A DNA stretch of 49,387 nucleotides, counting the filler, from Streblomastix strix (lineage: Eukaryota): NCBI GenBank assembly GCA_008636045.1. It is 3 parts of 3 records of this genome, joined end to end, with 100 filler letters (N's around TTAATTAATTAA, not from the genome) between each part and the next. Parts side by side here need not be neighbours in the genome. Positions count along the whole stretch, not along the records: positions 1 to 16,406 come from SNRW01000820.1; 2 more parts are not named here. One strand, 5' to 3'. Made by a program: the position numbers and the translations under genes. The notes below the pieces were generated by a model that saw only the letters and a list, made by a program, of their open reading frames with translations, did not search any database and was not told where the DNA came from. This document shows, piece by piece, positions 1-14,039 of the stretch; positions within the stretch are counted from its first letter, which is position 1, and every line of letters starts with the position of its first letter.

Positions 1-2212
1 ATTCATTTTTATTCTTATTCATATTATTCACTTTATTTTCATCATCTTCATTATCATTTGGCTAAACTCGATAGAAGAATTGTCTTCCAAAATGACTCCG
101 AAGAAGATGAATTAACTACTTTTCATACATTTATTGTGTTAATGTATAGTTTTCAGGGAAAAGTTTATCAAATCTGCTCAATTTTTTCTATTTCATAATA
201 AATTGAGCTTGTTCTTATTCTCTTACCAATTATTAGTCTTTCATTAATTTATCTTCTTCCTACAACTTCTCCATAATCTATTTCTCATTCAATTTCTCTT
301 ATTCTCTTTCTCTAATTAATTCTTATATTCTTTCTTCCATTCCTTCTTCACTTATTTCACTTTCTTCTTCATCATCATCATTATCTTCTTCATCATCTTC
401 ATCTCCCAAATACTCTTTTTCTTTCTCAGTTAATCTTCTTCTTTTACTTGTTCCTTCTTCTCCTTATTCAAACTACTATTATAATAATAATGCTCTTTCT
501 CGGGTCCTTTTCTTTTTAGTGATCTTTATTTATCCATTTTCATCTTCATCTTCATCTTCATCTTCATCTTCATCTTCATATTAATCAACTTCATTCCCAT
601 CTTAATCGATTTGTATTCTTCTCTTTTTCTTTCTTCTTTTCTATTTCAATTCTTTTTCTTTTTATTCAGCAATTCGTTTTTCTCTTTCAATCTTCCATTA
701 TTATATATATTAAGGATGAAGCTATTTTAGTAATTAACCAACTTTCTATTCAGTTTTCAATTGTTCTTCTTAATTATTGAGTTGTTATAGAATTATAATT
801 GATGAATTTAATTATTGAGTTTATAATAATGATGATGATATTGATTCTAACATTTATCTAACTTGATCAAAATGAACAATTTATTCTGAAGCATTTGTTT
901 AAATATGAAGATTTTATTTAACGTCCTAATTACGTGAATATTAAGTGATTAATTATGAATGATCGGAAGAAAGAGTCACATCCAACAAAATATCAGCTTA
1001 GTCTTCTGGTGTTAATTAAGTATGCACAACAGTTATTGCTTCTAAAACTTACTATATTTGAGAACTTCTTTCCTTTTAGGCATCTATTGATATCCCACTT
1101 ACATCCACTCCACTCGTTTCTTGATCAATTATTCCTAAATTAACCAAATATTTCTCAACTTGAGGAGAAAGTTTATTTTTATGTAATGACTAATTATCAG
1201 ATACAGAAGCACTCCCTTATTTCTATTAAATATTCTTATTAATAATTGAAATGAACATCTTCCTTAATTCTTCTTCTGTTTATTAGAATATTTATTTCCA
1301 TGGGATCTTCTACTTCTCAACATTCAAATTCAGATTATCGAAGTTAATTCTCATCATTCTCAATATTAATTAGAAAGTAAATAAGAAGTTATGATATCCA
1401 GGTCTGTATTGTAATAATCCTTGTGATATATTATCCTAGAGATTTTACTTATAATAAAAATAATATATACATAAAATAAAATTGTAAAACATATAAAAAT
1501 ATGAAAAGAAGAAAAAATGAAACAAACTAAACTAGTTATGAATTACTAAGCAACATGTGTGTACATCTGATGTGGAAATTGCATAGCAATGTAGCCAAGT
1601 TACTGTAAGATAAGTGCACCTTAAGCTGGTTCTGTATTCAAATTAAAAGCGATCCCTACTAACCTTGTGACAGTATTATTTGTAATCTTCATTAGCCATC
1701 CTAACTACTGAGCATATTGCGGTTTGTTCACAAGTTTATTACTGAATACAGAAAGTAAACATCGCAGAATAACCATAATGCATATCAATAGTGATGAATT
1801 TAGGCCAATATTCTCCTATTTCTCCTCCTGGCATTCAAGATCGAAGGATTATAAAAGAAATTTATCATATTAATGATTTGAAAGAGAATATATACTTGTT
1901 CAATCAATACATCCTATATCATAGAAAAAGTTTCAAGCTTTGGAATAATTTCTTCGCCACTGAACAGGCGAGATTAAGCACAAAAAGCAAAATCAAAGAT
2001 CAGAACTAAAAATATTTAATAAAATATTTATATTGCCGTACCATCTAGAAAAGACTCGTATTAAATCCCTTGAAATCTGCGAGAGGACTATTTTGCGCTA
2101 CAGAAACTCTAAATGTTCTAGTCCTACAATAAGTCTTACTATGCTGTCAATGTCTGACGTAAATTTTCCTGCTGCACTTTGCGTTTCCATACAATTTCTC
2201 CCACAAAATCAG
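1..2212 (-). CDS. Hypothetical multi-exon protein with acidic/Gln-rich C-terminal part; 3' end runs off contig, start exon not located
   Basis: Open with TAR=Gln (ADFVGEIVWKRKVQQENLRQ...YESFLD|VLIFDFAFCAQSRLFSGEEIIPKLETF...). GT-AG introns near 2006-2041, ~1850-1895 and ~1435-1545. GAT/GAA repeats at ~540-580. No family recognised. Confidence 0.6.
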
Positions 2213-2939
2213 CCTAAACTTTAAATTAGATAATGAAAATAAAAGAAAAATAAAATTATTTAAAAAAATTGTTGCTAATTTCAAGAGTTGCTTGCGATTT
2301 ATTGTATTTTTCTAAAACTCCAAAAAATCAAGAACAAAAAATGAAAATTGATGATATAAATAATTCAATTAGATTGGTTTGAATGAATGCATGAATTTAT
2401 CATGAATAAAAATATGATACTAATGCAGAGTTGTAGCGAAATTTGGTGTTTAAGAGCTCAACAATTTAAAACATAAACTACTCAATCAAAATTGTATATT
2501 TAATTTATTTAACATTTTATTTTGACTTACAATCTATCAGCAATCAATTTTGAATAATGTCTTTACATATTTCGTAGTTGTCCTCACGAATCACTTGTTC
2601 TTTTACGTTCTATGCACTCCCTAATTTATTTCCTATCCAGTTTAACTTTTAAAACTAAATTTAATAAACCCAAATACGTTTTTTGGAGTGTGCATAGAGA
2701 TTGATCGTTAATTCTTTAATCGTCACTTTACATTTATAATAATAAATTAAAATGTGTTTAATTGTTACTCTTTTGTAATTCTATATTTTGTGCATATATA
2801 GCCAGTGAATCAAATATTCAATCTTTTTATTTTGCTGGAAAAAATCTATTTTATTATATTTTTTAATTTCCTGTTTTTCTCCTTATTCTGTTTTATATTA
2901 CAATATACTAATTCAGAAGTGTTAGTAATAGATTTATTC

Positions 2940-4263
2940 ATGAAGTTTCACGCAAAGATCAAGTCAAAAGAAATGTTCTTCAAGATGCTGACTGCTGTAG
3001 AAAAACTTGGTAGATAATGCTATCTAGTATTCTCCGAACAGCACCTTCAACTCTTCCTCGTACCAAATGCATCCAATCCTCTAAAAGCAAGACTTGAAGT
3101 TTCCATGGAGTATCTATTCTCAGATACTATTATATAGAGTATGAGTGAAAATAATATATATCTTGAAGTGGATCTTCCACATCTTAGTCAGACCATCAAA
3201 GGCTGTATTCGAGCCAATGATGTAAATATATCATTAACAAAGAAAGATAATTATCCTTATCTTACTGTCTTTGTCAAACCCAATGCGGTATATTTATTTA
3301 ATTTACTTTTATTATAGAATCATTATTTTATTCATTATTAGGATATTAGAATCAATCATGATATTCCAGTTAACATTTTAAAGAAAGAAGAATTTGAAAG
3401 AAGCGTCGTTGTTCCTCTTTAAGGAGACGCTGATGTATATTTATTTGTTTATTATGAATAATATAATATATTTATTCAGGTTGAGATATGCTTGCCAACT
3501 TTCAAGTAATTTTATAGCCTTGTTGAGCGATATAAAGTTTTTAGTGTGCCATTATTAATTGATGTGTATAAAATATTGAATTAATTAAATTTTTAATTTT
3601 AAGGCCCGAGATGCAAATTTGCAGCCAGTACGGGAGGTAGACTTTCAATCCAAACAGCTTCAACTGAAGCATCAGTAACAACTTTCTTTAAAGTTTACAT
3701 TCAATATTATATTTTAGATGTTTCTAAATTTGATATATTTTTGCATATTTATTGATTGTAAGGATTTATTTAATCCAAATGTAGTTAATGGATCTGGAGA
3801 TGCAGAAGGAGAATAAAACACTGAAACAATTGGTGAATAACATCAAAAGAAAGAATAACCAAATAGAAATCAGTAAAATACAAATTTTGATGAAGAAGAA
3901 GATGATGATAGATTTCTGTTACAATAGAATGATAGAGGTAATAAAATATAGAAAGATAAAGATCATGAAAATATTGAAGACGGATAAGAGAATATTATGG
4001 AGAGTTAGGATCAATTAAAAACAGGTGAAGTATTTTTGGAGGTTAAACCATTTCTGAAAGTTCTTTCTTCACATTAATTATCACCATCAAATGTTGTTGC
4101 TTGTATGATCAAAAGTTTTAAACAGTAATATTATTAACTTTTCTTTTTTGTTTTTATATTATTCAAATTTGTAGGTATCTACAACCATCATGCACTTGTA
4201 TTACACATGATTTCTGATCATCTTTACTCAACATATGAAATCCCACATATAAATTCTATATGA
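2940..4263 (+). CDS. HUS1: Hus1 subunit of the 9-1-1 checkpoint clamp (6 exons)
   Basis: MKFHAKIKSK...NNIYLEVDLPHLSQTIK...LTKKDNYPYLTV...INHDIPVNIL...VEICLP...VTTFFKDLFNP...YEIPHINSI*. Matches the Hus1 pattern (MKFRAKI, IYLEL, HDIP, VTTHFKDL). Five GT-AG introns; TAA/TAG read as Gln. Confidence 0.9.
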
Positions 4264-4619
4264 ATATAAGAATTAAAAGGAAAAACTGCGTATATTGTTA
4301 TTTAAATGATCATAAATGTTAGTATTATTTATAAATAAATCTTTTATTTTAGCAAATTTTAAGTAATGAAATGAGAAATTATAGTGAAATATAAAATTTA
4401 ACAAAAATAAACAAAATATAAAGTAATGAATAATGAATTGTGAATTGAGTGTGTAAATCTAAATCATTCATTGATGGAACTCAACCCTCACTAAAGTTCT
4501 GACTGGTGATTATTTGTTATGTTCCATATATTAATACTTCCTTTATTATTAAAATATTTGTAATATATCATTCATCATTATCCCACATATTAACCACTCT
4601 ACTATCATCAATTAATATA

Positions 4620-4656
4620 TCACTGATTACTCCCAGCCTGTGCATTCATAAATGGA

Positions 4657-4716
<60 letters not shown>

Positions 4717-5747
4717 CTTTAAGTCTACTATTATTACAATGGAGGAGGAGGAGGTATAATGGGAGTTAGAACTGATTGAGAGAACATTGATAGATTATTA
4801 TCATCTAAGTATGTTTATGATTATGATAAAGATAGAACATCAGTACTTGAAAATCCAATTGGGGAGCTGGAATTGCTCTAATCATAACTCTATAGTTAAA
4901 TAAGATCATCAAATGGGAATAAGAGTTATTGATCTTGTTATTGTTACAGTTATTTCTTCTTTCTCTTCTTCTTTTTATTTGGCGATAACTAATTGTTTTG
5001 CTTTTCTAGAGCCATTTATTCTAATACTTAGTATAAATTGCCATCATCAAATGATGAATATAATAAATAAAGCTTTAGAAACCCTGCTAATACCCAATTT
5101 CCATTATACAGGTATTGAAGTTGAATTGTTGCTATATTGCATTTCTCAAAGAATGGTTAAATCTAAATATTATTAATATTATATTATAAATCAATAATAT
5201 ATATGAAAAAAAATTAAGCAATTTCAATAGTATATTTTCATTATAAACAAATATAATATATACTTCAAATATTGCAACTCCAATTGATTTATCTTCATTT
5301 TTCTAATCACGAGTAAATGCTTCAATTCTTATTAATCCTTATTCATTTCCAACTGGAACATATCTAAGCGTAAATTCTTCATTAAAAATAGCGTTATTAT
5401 CAACATATTATACTGTTTTTGTTGACTTTGTATCAACTCCAAGCTAAACAGTAATATATGGATTTATTTTCCCAATAATAAAATTATTCTATAAATCATT
5501 TGCTTCAACAACTCTAATACGAACAAGTCCAGGAGCATATTTACTATAATAATTTCTTTACTATTTTTATTATTAGTATTATTAATAATATTATTAATAG
5601 AATTGATATTATTATTCTTATTATTCTAATTTCTCTTCTTATTTTTATTGCTCATCTTATTATTATTTCTTTTCTTATTATTATTTCTCTTATTATAATT
5701 TATCTTATTATTGTTGTTATTATTATTGAATTTGTTATTATTACAAC

Positions 5748-5790
<43 letters not shown>

Positions 5791-8700
5791 TTAACTATTA
5801 TTACATATATTCTTATTATTATTAATAATATTATTATTATATTTTTTACTATAATAATAATTAATTTTCTCTATTCTGATCTTAAATCTTTTCTTTCTCT
5901 TTTATTTTCTCATTTTATTCTTCTTCAATAAGATTCTATTTCCATAAGTTTGATTATTTTGATTATTTATTCTCCTTTTGTTTGTCTATTTACTGTTTAT
6001 TATTATATATTTCACTATTTGTTATTCCAATTGGAAATAATAATGATTCAGAATTTGTTTATTTAGTATTTACTCTGATTAATTCTTTCTGTTTCACTTA
6101 TTCCTCTGAAAATTATTATTCATTTAAATATAAAACTTATAAAATAACTTCACCTGAATATTAATTATTACTAATAAAATTCTTCTCTTTTATTAAGCCT
6201 TATTATTTATCTTTATTATTTATATATTCATTATCAATAAACCATCGAAGTTCAGTTCTATTTTCAAAATAAGGTAGAATCTATTTAAGAATAAAATGTT
6301 TTAATATGATATTAATAAATATAAAAAATATTCATAAATTATAAATAATTGTTATTTTATAAATGAAATAGAATTATATAAATTTTATTTCATACTGGTA
6401 ATTATAATGATCCAATCAATCCATCTTCGCCTTCTGTGGTTGATTCCCAAATTTCAACTGAAATTTTTCTCTATTACATTTTATTTGGATCAAATTTAAA
6501 TGATATTTCTTAATTGTACTTTATATTTGATGAATGTATGACGCTCTTTGTTTTCTTTTTCTCATCCCCAAATTAGATTAACACAAATAGAAATGATATG
6601 ATCCCAATATCAATTGGAGGGAGATTATTAATTTCAATTATTTTAACAGTAACATATCCTTTTACATATTTAGAATCATCTTCATCAATTTGTACCATTT
6701 AATATCCTTCATCTATTAATCCTTATTTTTATAATTCTATTAACTTCTTTTTCTAATCTAATTCTTTCAATTGTTGCATCTTTTATTACTGATCTAATTA
6801 TGACTTAATTGAATCCATTCTTTCTTTTTATTTTTTGGTTTCTTATTCTTATTTATATATATTTTAGAGATTTTATTGTTAACTTTATATTTCATTCTCT
6901 TTTATTTTCAGTTATGCAATGCTTTCATTTTACACTTAACTTTAATCTGCTGCAAATTAATTATTATTTCCTTATAATAATTTGCTATCAATAAATTAAC
7001 TTTATACTCTTTCAACTGATAATCTTCTCATTTATTCATCTGCATTTAATATATTTAAAGGATAAGCACTTTCTATTTCATTATCTTGTTATGTATTGAT
7101 TTATTATTGCTGTTGTTGTTATAATTATTAAATTAATTTTGAGTTTTTATTGAATTGTTCTTCTTAGTGTTATTGAATTATTTTCATATTTTATATTTAT
7201 TAAAGAATATTTCTCTTTTCATCGTTTGAATCTAATTAATTAGGTTCTTATTGGTTATTAATGTTAAATTTACTCTCGTTCTTTAAGTCTGAAAGGAATT
7301 ATTACTCCTATAATATGATATTAGTATCTAATTCATACTCCCATCCCTAATCTTTATTATAATCTACTTCACTCTTTTATTATTTATCATTTATAGGTTA
7401 TTTATTATTAGTGTATATATTAGATTAATTAGTTGGTGAATAGAATAAGTTAGTTATAGGTTAATAAGGAACATAGAGTTTAGATTAAGATAATAATTAA
7501 GAAGATGAAAATGGGCTCTGAACCATTTTAGGAGGATGTATCTTAAAAGGAGGATTATTGATCTTTGTTACTTTAATAGGAGTATATGGAGTAGATGATT
7601 ATGAAGCTGGTTTATTTTATTATTTCTTTTATGGTGAATAAGGAGATTAAGATTAAGAATTAATAATAAGAGGTTATTATTTGTTTTAAGATGGAGGTGT
7701 CTAAATAATACTATTGCTTTACATATATTATTACTTTTATTATTATTATTATTCCTATACATATGAAGGTGAATATAATTTAGATTTTTGTTCCTGAGAA
7801 GAAGATCTTAGTAATTAATTCTACTTTGCATCATTTCCTCTTGGTGAATTGATTCTCATTTACTGTTAATTTAATTAAATTCTTTATTATGCAGTTGGAT
7901 TAGTATTGTTTTACATTAAGTATAAATTTTATTCTTCAATATTTAATTGAATTCCATCTGTAGATAATCTGTTTATATTTGATTATTTATTTTGAATTTA
8001 TTTCTAATTTGAATTGATTTAATATTCATATCTTGAAGGGTTTATATTTTCATTTTCTCTAATATGTGAATTATCTCTGTGATTTTGATATAATTTATCA
8101 TCTTACTTCCTTAATAAGCCTTCTTTTATAGTTTATTACTTTTATTATGTAGAAAGAGGATATTTGTATGAATTTTTCTTTTTGTTTTCAAGGTTGCATT
8201 CCTTCTTTTCTAATTATCTCATCTCTTCTTCTTCTTCTTTCTCCCATTTTTTGGACAAAATATCAAATTAATCCAAATAGCTCCTAAATCTGAATTATGG
8301 CCCTTTATCGTTAAATTAATATTTAGTGTAATCTTTCTCATTCTAATCTAAATTTAAACCAAATTTATATTCAGGATATTTATCTTCAGTATGCGGAGTT
8401 AGAATAACAGTCTTATTTGGACTTAGTGATGAATATTTATTTGGTGTTTATTCGTCATTATTTATTTATTTAATCTATAGATTTTATTATTAAGAAGTTT
8501 ATTGCTATGAAATGAGCTTATTTTGCTATTCTTATTATTATCTTTTTATTTATTCGGCATGTAATACCTTTTATTATTCTGCCATCTATATCTTCTGCTA
8601 TTATTCAAATAACTTCATTTGCTATTCAGCTAATTATTTTTTTTATTGTTCAAGTAATATTTTTCTTTGCTATTCAGCTTTTTGTTATCTTTCTTATTCT

Positions 8701-9572
8701 TCTTTATATTTTCTTTACAATTCTTCAAGTTTCTTTCTTTGTTGTTCTTCATATTAATTCTTTTATATTTCTTCTTTCTAAGGGCCAGATAGTTGTTAAT
8801 AAGCTAAATATTTCTATTTAAATTATTATAGTTTGTTTTATTCCATTTATTTGCTTAGAAGCTATTATTCATTCATTTTTATTTTCAATTATTCATTAAT
8901 TTCATTCAATTAAGCATCATCTTACATTCTTTACTTTTATTTTTACTATTCAATTTTTCTATTTTATTGTATTACATAATCAATTTACCTCATTTGATTA
9001 TCAGATATCTATGCTGAAGATGGTTCTTATTCTATTCCTGATAATTTCATCAGGTTCTCTCTTTCCAATCTCTTTCTTTCATATTCCTTTTCTGACTCTA
9101 CAAATTACTATATCTTTTATTAAAGGTCTCTTTCTCGCACTTCTTCTTCAAATTTCTTTTCTTGCTGCTATATATACAAAATCTCTTTCTTATTTCTTTT
9201 TGATGCGCTCATTTCTTATTAATCTTTGTTAGTTTTATCTGAGTTTTTAGCATTTCTCAAATTTTCAGATTGTTAATTTTCAAATTTCATATTATAAAAA
9301 TTATTATTTTCAATTTAATCTGATTTTTCATTCTTTTAGCTTTTATTTTGTGAATTTTAATTCTAAAATTGTATGGATTATTCTCTCGCTTTTTAAATTT
9401 CTTTCTCGATTTCGTTAAGTTGCATCTACACTTAGTTGAAATCATCTTAATCGGGCTCGTAACTTGTATCAGACATCAGTACTACAGCATCATTCTCAAT
9501 CGATCCCACCTAACTCTTTTCAAAGTTTTTGGTTGTGTTTCTAACTTTCAAATTGGGTTATTAATCAGTCAT
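4620..9572 (-). CDS. Large Gln-rich/coiled-coil protein with two C2 domains
   Basis: ATG at 9572, TGA at 4620. C2 domain 1 at ~6400-6670 (GYVTVKIIEINNLPPID...KKKTKSV...YNQEISF...VEIWE...LIG). C2 domain 2 at ~5265-5540 (GLVRIRVVEANDL...KINPYITVQLG...FNEEFTL...KSIG). Introns near 5165-5262 and 6282-6395. Confidence 0.75.
4659..4712 (-). repeat. (TAA)n microsatellite encoding poly-Gln
   Basis: About 18 in-frame TAA codons between ...PPPPPLQQQQTQSI and HPFMNAQ in the C2 gene. Confidence 0.85.
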
Positions 9573-10016
9573 AATAGCTGAAGAATTTACAAATGGCTAT
9601 TAATATAACGAAATTAAGCTCTACAATTCAAAACAAAAATTAAAAATAAAATGCACTTTATTTGCATAAAAAATATTAATTTTATAAATATTTTGTTAAA
9701 ATCTATATAAAAATATTAAGTAGAAATATAAAATTAATTTTGCATAATAAAAATTAGATAGGAAAATAATTATAAACAATTTATTGTTTATTCGCTACTG
9801 AGTTATAACTTAACATTTTTATGTTGATTTTTGAGGGCGAGGTATATTTTGTAGAATAATATTATAATATTAAATCTAAATATTGATTGAAACCTTCAAA
9901 AAATGTGATAATAATTTCAAATTTGAAAAAAATTAATTATTCACGCAAACATTAAAATTTATGAGCATAATTCTAAAAAAGTTTAAAAAATGAATAATTA
10001 TCTTTTATATTAAAAT

Positions 10017-10438
10017 TCATTGATTAATTTCAATTTATTTCATTTTTTTATTTTAAACTGTTCTTTTTTAATTTCGCTGTTATATGCTATATATTATATA
10101 ATTCATTACATCATCGTCATTTTCTTCTTCTTCTTCTTCATTGATCTATTTTATTATCTGCTTGATAAATTAAATTTATTCATTATTATTTTTTTTATTA
10201 TGAATCTAACTGAAATGATTCTTAAAGTGCTGGTCATTTTAACATCTCATATAAATAAATTTTTTATGGGTGTATTTACTAATTACATTATTTAGACAAC
10301 TTATAAGATTATACTCGCGTTTTTGAATTGGATCACAAAAAAAATCTTCAAATTTATCATTGAATTTGTTTAATTATGTTATAATCAATTATTTGCTTTT
10401 ATTTTACTATATATAAATTTTGTATTTGTTTCAAACAT
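10017..10438 (-). CDS. Possible ~140-aa hypothetical protein
   Basis: MFETNTKFIYSKIKQ...EEEEENDDDV...*; open only under TAR=Gln; no motif recognised. Confidence 0.3.
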
Positions 10439-10899
10439 ATCTTGAGGATTAGGGTTAAAATGCACATATTTCAAGATACTGAACTCAATTTTACACCGTC
10501 ATTCGCTGCATAGTTCAAAATATGCACTATTAAAAAAGAATTTAACAATAAAAATATTTTTTTATTCAATTAAATTTTATTTTAAGGATAACTGTTATAA
10601 ATGACTGAATAATCGTCATAAAATTTATTTACAATGATATTCTACTCTTGATACTTATTATAAAATAATCGATATATTGGTTGTTATCTATTTATTTAGA
10701 ATGGAATTCATGGATTAGCCCTTGTGTTCCACGGAACATTATATCATTGAAAACATATGAAGAAACGCTGTTAGGCGTATTTATGCTGATACTGTTACTT
10801 TTGATCGATGTGAACATTTAAAAAACGAGAATCAAATAAGAAAAATAAAAAACTTTTGAATATGCGTAACATGAGCATAATTCCAATAAATTGGTGAAA

Positions 10900-11672
10900 A
10901 AATTTGGATGAAATCGCTTAAAAAGTTAGAGAGCTGAATAAAGTACCAGTATCAATCAGTGATCATATTTCCTTATAATTAGGAGAAACTTCAAAATAGA
11001 GAGAAGAAAAGATTCCAGAAATTTAAAATAGAATTGTAAGAATATCCGAAAATGGAACTACTTCGATAAAACCGCGAACTCATCTGGGTAGGAAAGTTTA
11101 AAAGAAGAAATTGGAGACATATTTACCTTCCAGATGGAATAATTGATCGTAATTAAGTTTAGGAGCATTTCTGGGTAAATCAGATCAATGAGATGGAGAT
11201 GTTAAAAATTCTTCTATATTATATGTTCATAGCAGTACAGACTATAAGGGAAACAAATGGTGAAGTTTTCCTGTTTCTCACTTAGAAGTACCAAAATATT
11301 GAAAGTGTTGGCCACTACACGGTTAGTTTGTCAGTGTGATTCACACGGGATTCGTACAAGAATAAAGCAGAATTTAGAGTTCCATTACATCATTTGGTAG
11401 CTAGATTTACAAATAATATGTAAGAATTTCTAGTTGGTTGTGACGCTTCTCATGTTGATAGATGCTTCAATTTGTAACCAATTACTATAGAAAACAGGTT
11501 ATTTAATTAATTTAGAAAGCAGCGTCAAAAGAAAGAATTGTATTTATCATAAGATTGCACTCATAATAAAGTTGGAAAACCTCCTTGCAGTTGTCCATCT
11601 TATCTTGAAACTGAAGAAGAGAACTTATTTATCTAACAATGGAGCTCCGAACTTATAGTAATACAACTGTGA
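10900..11672 (+). pseudogene. Degenerate His-Me finger (His-Cys box-like) endonuclease
   Basis: VCQCDSH (frameshift) RVPLHHLVARF...GCDASHVDRCFNLQPITIENRLFNQFR...DCTHNKVGKPPCSCP. Follows the HxL...ASH...C...E....N..R...CxH...PC layout. Upstream frameshifts and stops. Confidence 0.6.
11007..11121 (+). repeat. 115-bp direct repeat, copy 1
   Basis: AAAAGATTCCAGAAATTT...GGAGACATA, identical to 13319-13433. Confidence 0.9.
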
Positions 11673-11873
11673 TGATAATTTTTAATTAATTTAAATTAAT
11701 TTTTTGATTATTACACATTTATTTCAATTATAAAAATATTTTCTTAAATAGTAAATAAATTATTTGAATTTAATTTAAGAAATTATTTTTTTAAATTGAT
11801 TTTTATAAATAATTAATAAAAATAACTAATATTCTCGTACATATTTTTTTATCCTTGATACTATCGACCATTT

Positions 11874-12659
11874 TCAAATAAAAAGTTATTCCTCTGCATC
11901 TTCCAATATAGACGGACATGTGCAAGGATTCTATCCTTCAGTTGAGTGTGGACAATCTTTACTCGAAAAATGTTCTTATTATTAATATTGAATTCTTTCA
12001 TGGTTTTTAAACTTGGATTCCATGATTATGTTTCCTAAGTTAGTGCATTTATCAAATTGACTAGAATTATATCCTTGAGGAAACTCTTACTTTTCGTTAC
12101 AAAATCTGTACTTAAGTTAATGCAGTAATGCGTATTTTTTCTAGTTAACATTTCTTTTTATGTTAAGAACAAGAACATTCTCCCGCTTCTTTCACGAATT
12201 GTTAATATTCCTATATATATAATGTAGGAGGATGTTACATATCTCTTTCTTTAACAATTAATTCACCCAGTAATGCTCTGGTAAATCTTTTGTATCTGTT
12301 TTACCTTTAGGCAATTGCAATTGTCTTCTGTACTATTATTTACCTTTCTTACTCCAGATAAAATTCTAACTCATTGGAATAATATCTTGATGTTAACATT
12401 CAACAAATCCAGGTCTACATCTGGTTCTTCTTTTCATTTGCTAATTGATTGATTCTCCTGGTACTTTAAATAGATGACGAGTTAAGGTTCCTGGAATATT
12501 ACCAAACCCAGACACAGATTACAATCTACCTCCAAATTTACTTGAGAGACGATCGTTCTCAAACTCTTTTTCAGCAATTTCTTTCGCTTTCAGTTTATCT
12601 TCGTTTCTTCTCTTAATTAGTATTTGAACTGACATAAATGATGGCTTAAACTACGTCAT
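11874..12659 (-). pseudogene. Second, paralogous His-Cys box-like endonuclease, convergent with the first
   Basis: MTQFKPSF...ECSCSQH (+1 frameshift at ~12140) YALLHQLKYRF...GYNSSQFDKCTNLGNIIMESKFKNHER...DCPHSTEGQNPCTCPSILE. Aligns without gaps to the C-terminus of copy 1. Confidence 0.6.
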
Positions 12660-13318
12660 TCTACAATAAATAGAAATTCTATAAGTGTCAAACAGAAAAA
12701 TATCGCAATTTTTGATAATATACTTAATTAAGGATAAGTTTACTAAATGAATGTAAAAAATTAGTAAATTTTTATAAACTTTAGATAATTCTTTTATAAT
12801 TATATAAAATAAATACTAATTTTTGCACTATATATGAGTAACTGAGCATTAATGAACCTTTTTTATTTTGTTAGATGATTTTATAAGAAAAAACTGTAGA
12901 AATTTAATTCAATATAACATAACTTTATTTATTGATGATAATTATAGTTGTAAGACATATGTTAAGATTTTTATGTATTCACGAATTTATAACTTGTAGG
13001 AAAAAAATATCATAAAAAAATTAGGAATTTATATTTTAAAGGGGAATAGAAAATATCCCAGAATATATATTTTATTATATTGACCACCATTAAAATTTCA
13101 GTTCGAACATATGTAGTTAAGCTTTTGAATCAAATATATTATAACATAGTGCTGATTAATGAGAAAATCGCAGGTTTTAAAAATTGGACAAAATTACCCA
13201 CTTCGTACTGAGTTTTATTTTTAGTTGAATGTCGCTTTAAAATTATAGGAGGGTAATATAATGTACAATTATACAAGCAGTTATAACACTTAAGAGAAAA
13301 TATTGAAAATAGAGAGTA

Positions 13319-13433
13319 AAAAGATTCCAGAAATTTAAAATAGAATTGTAAGAATATCCGAAAATGGAACTACTTCGATAAAACCGCGAACTCATCTGGG
13401 TAGGAAAGTTTAAAAGAAGAAATTGGAGACATA
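13319..13433 (+). repeat. 115-bp direct repeat, copy 2
   Basis: Identical to 11007-11121. Confidence 0.9.
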
Positions 13434-14039
13434 GGGTCGTTCCAAAAGTAAAATCCGTTGTAGAAGTCAAATCCGATCGATCTTTTCCATTTCGATATGA
13501 ATTTAAATTTTCTTTATTAATACATACTAAAACATATTATATAATTCTAAAATTTTATAATAAAATTAAGATTATTATCAATGTAATTTTTCAAAAATTA
13601 AAATTTTCATTTATGGCACTATCAGCAAATGGCTCAAGAATATTGTTCTTTTTTTACTTATTTTTATCTAAAAAATAATTATTAAAATAAAAAAATTTAT
13701 TTTCAATCAAATATTAAAACAGTGATTACATATTTTTCTCTATTTTCTTTTAAAAGAAGATTTTTAAATCATATACAATACATATTTTATAATTATTATA
13801 TTTTTTATGTTTAATATTTATATATATATGTATCTATTATAATTTATTATAAATTATTTAGTTCTGCACTCGAAATCAATTTCTTCATCTTTTTTTAATA
13901 TTTCCATATTAAAAACAATATAACTGTTTTATATATTTATTCATTTTTAAATAATAAAGTTTTTATTATTTAATTTAATTTATTTTTTTCTAATTTTACT
14001 TTGTCTGCTACGCAATATTTTTTTTATAATATATTTTTC

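Noticed and set aside
11330..12150. Programmed frameshift shared by the two endonuclease paralogues
   Set aside because: Both shift just after CxCxxH but in different directions (-1 versus +1), and both have other lesions; decay is the simpler explanation.
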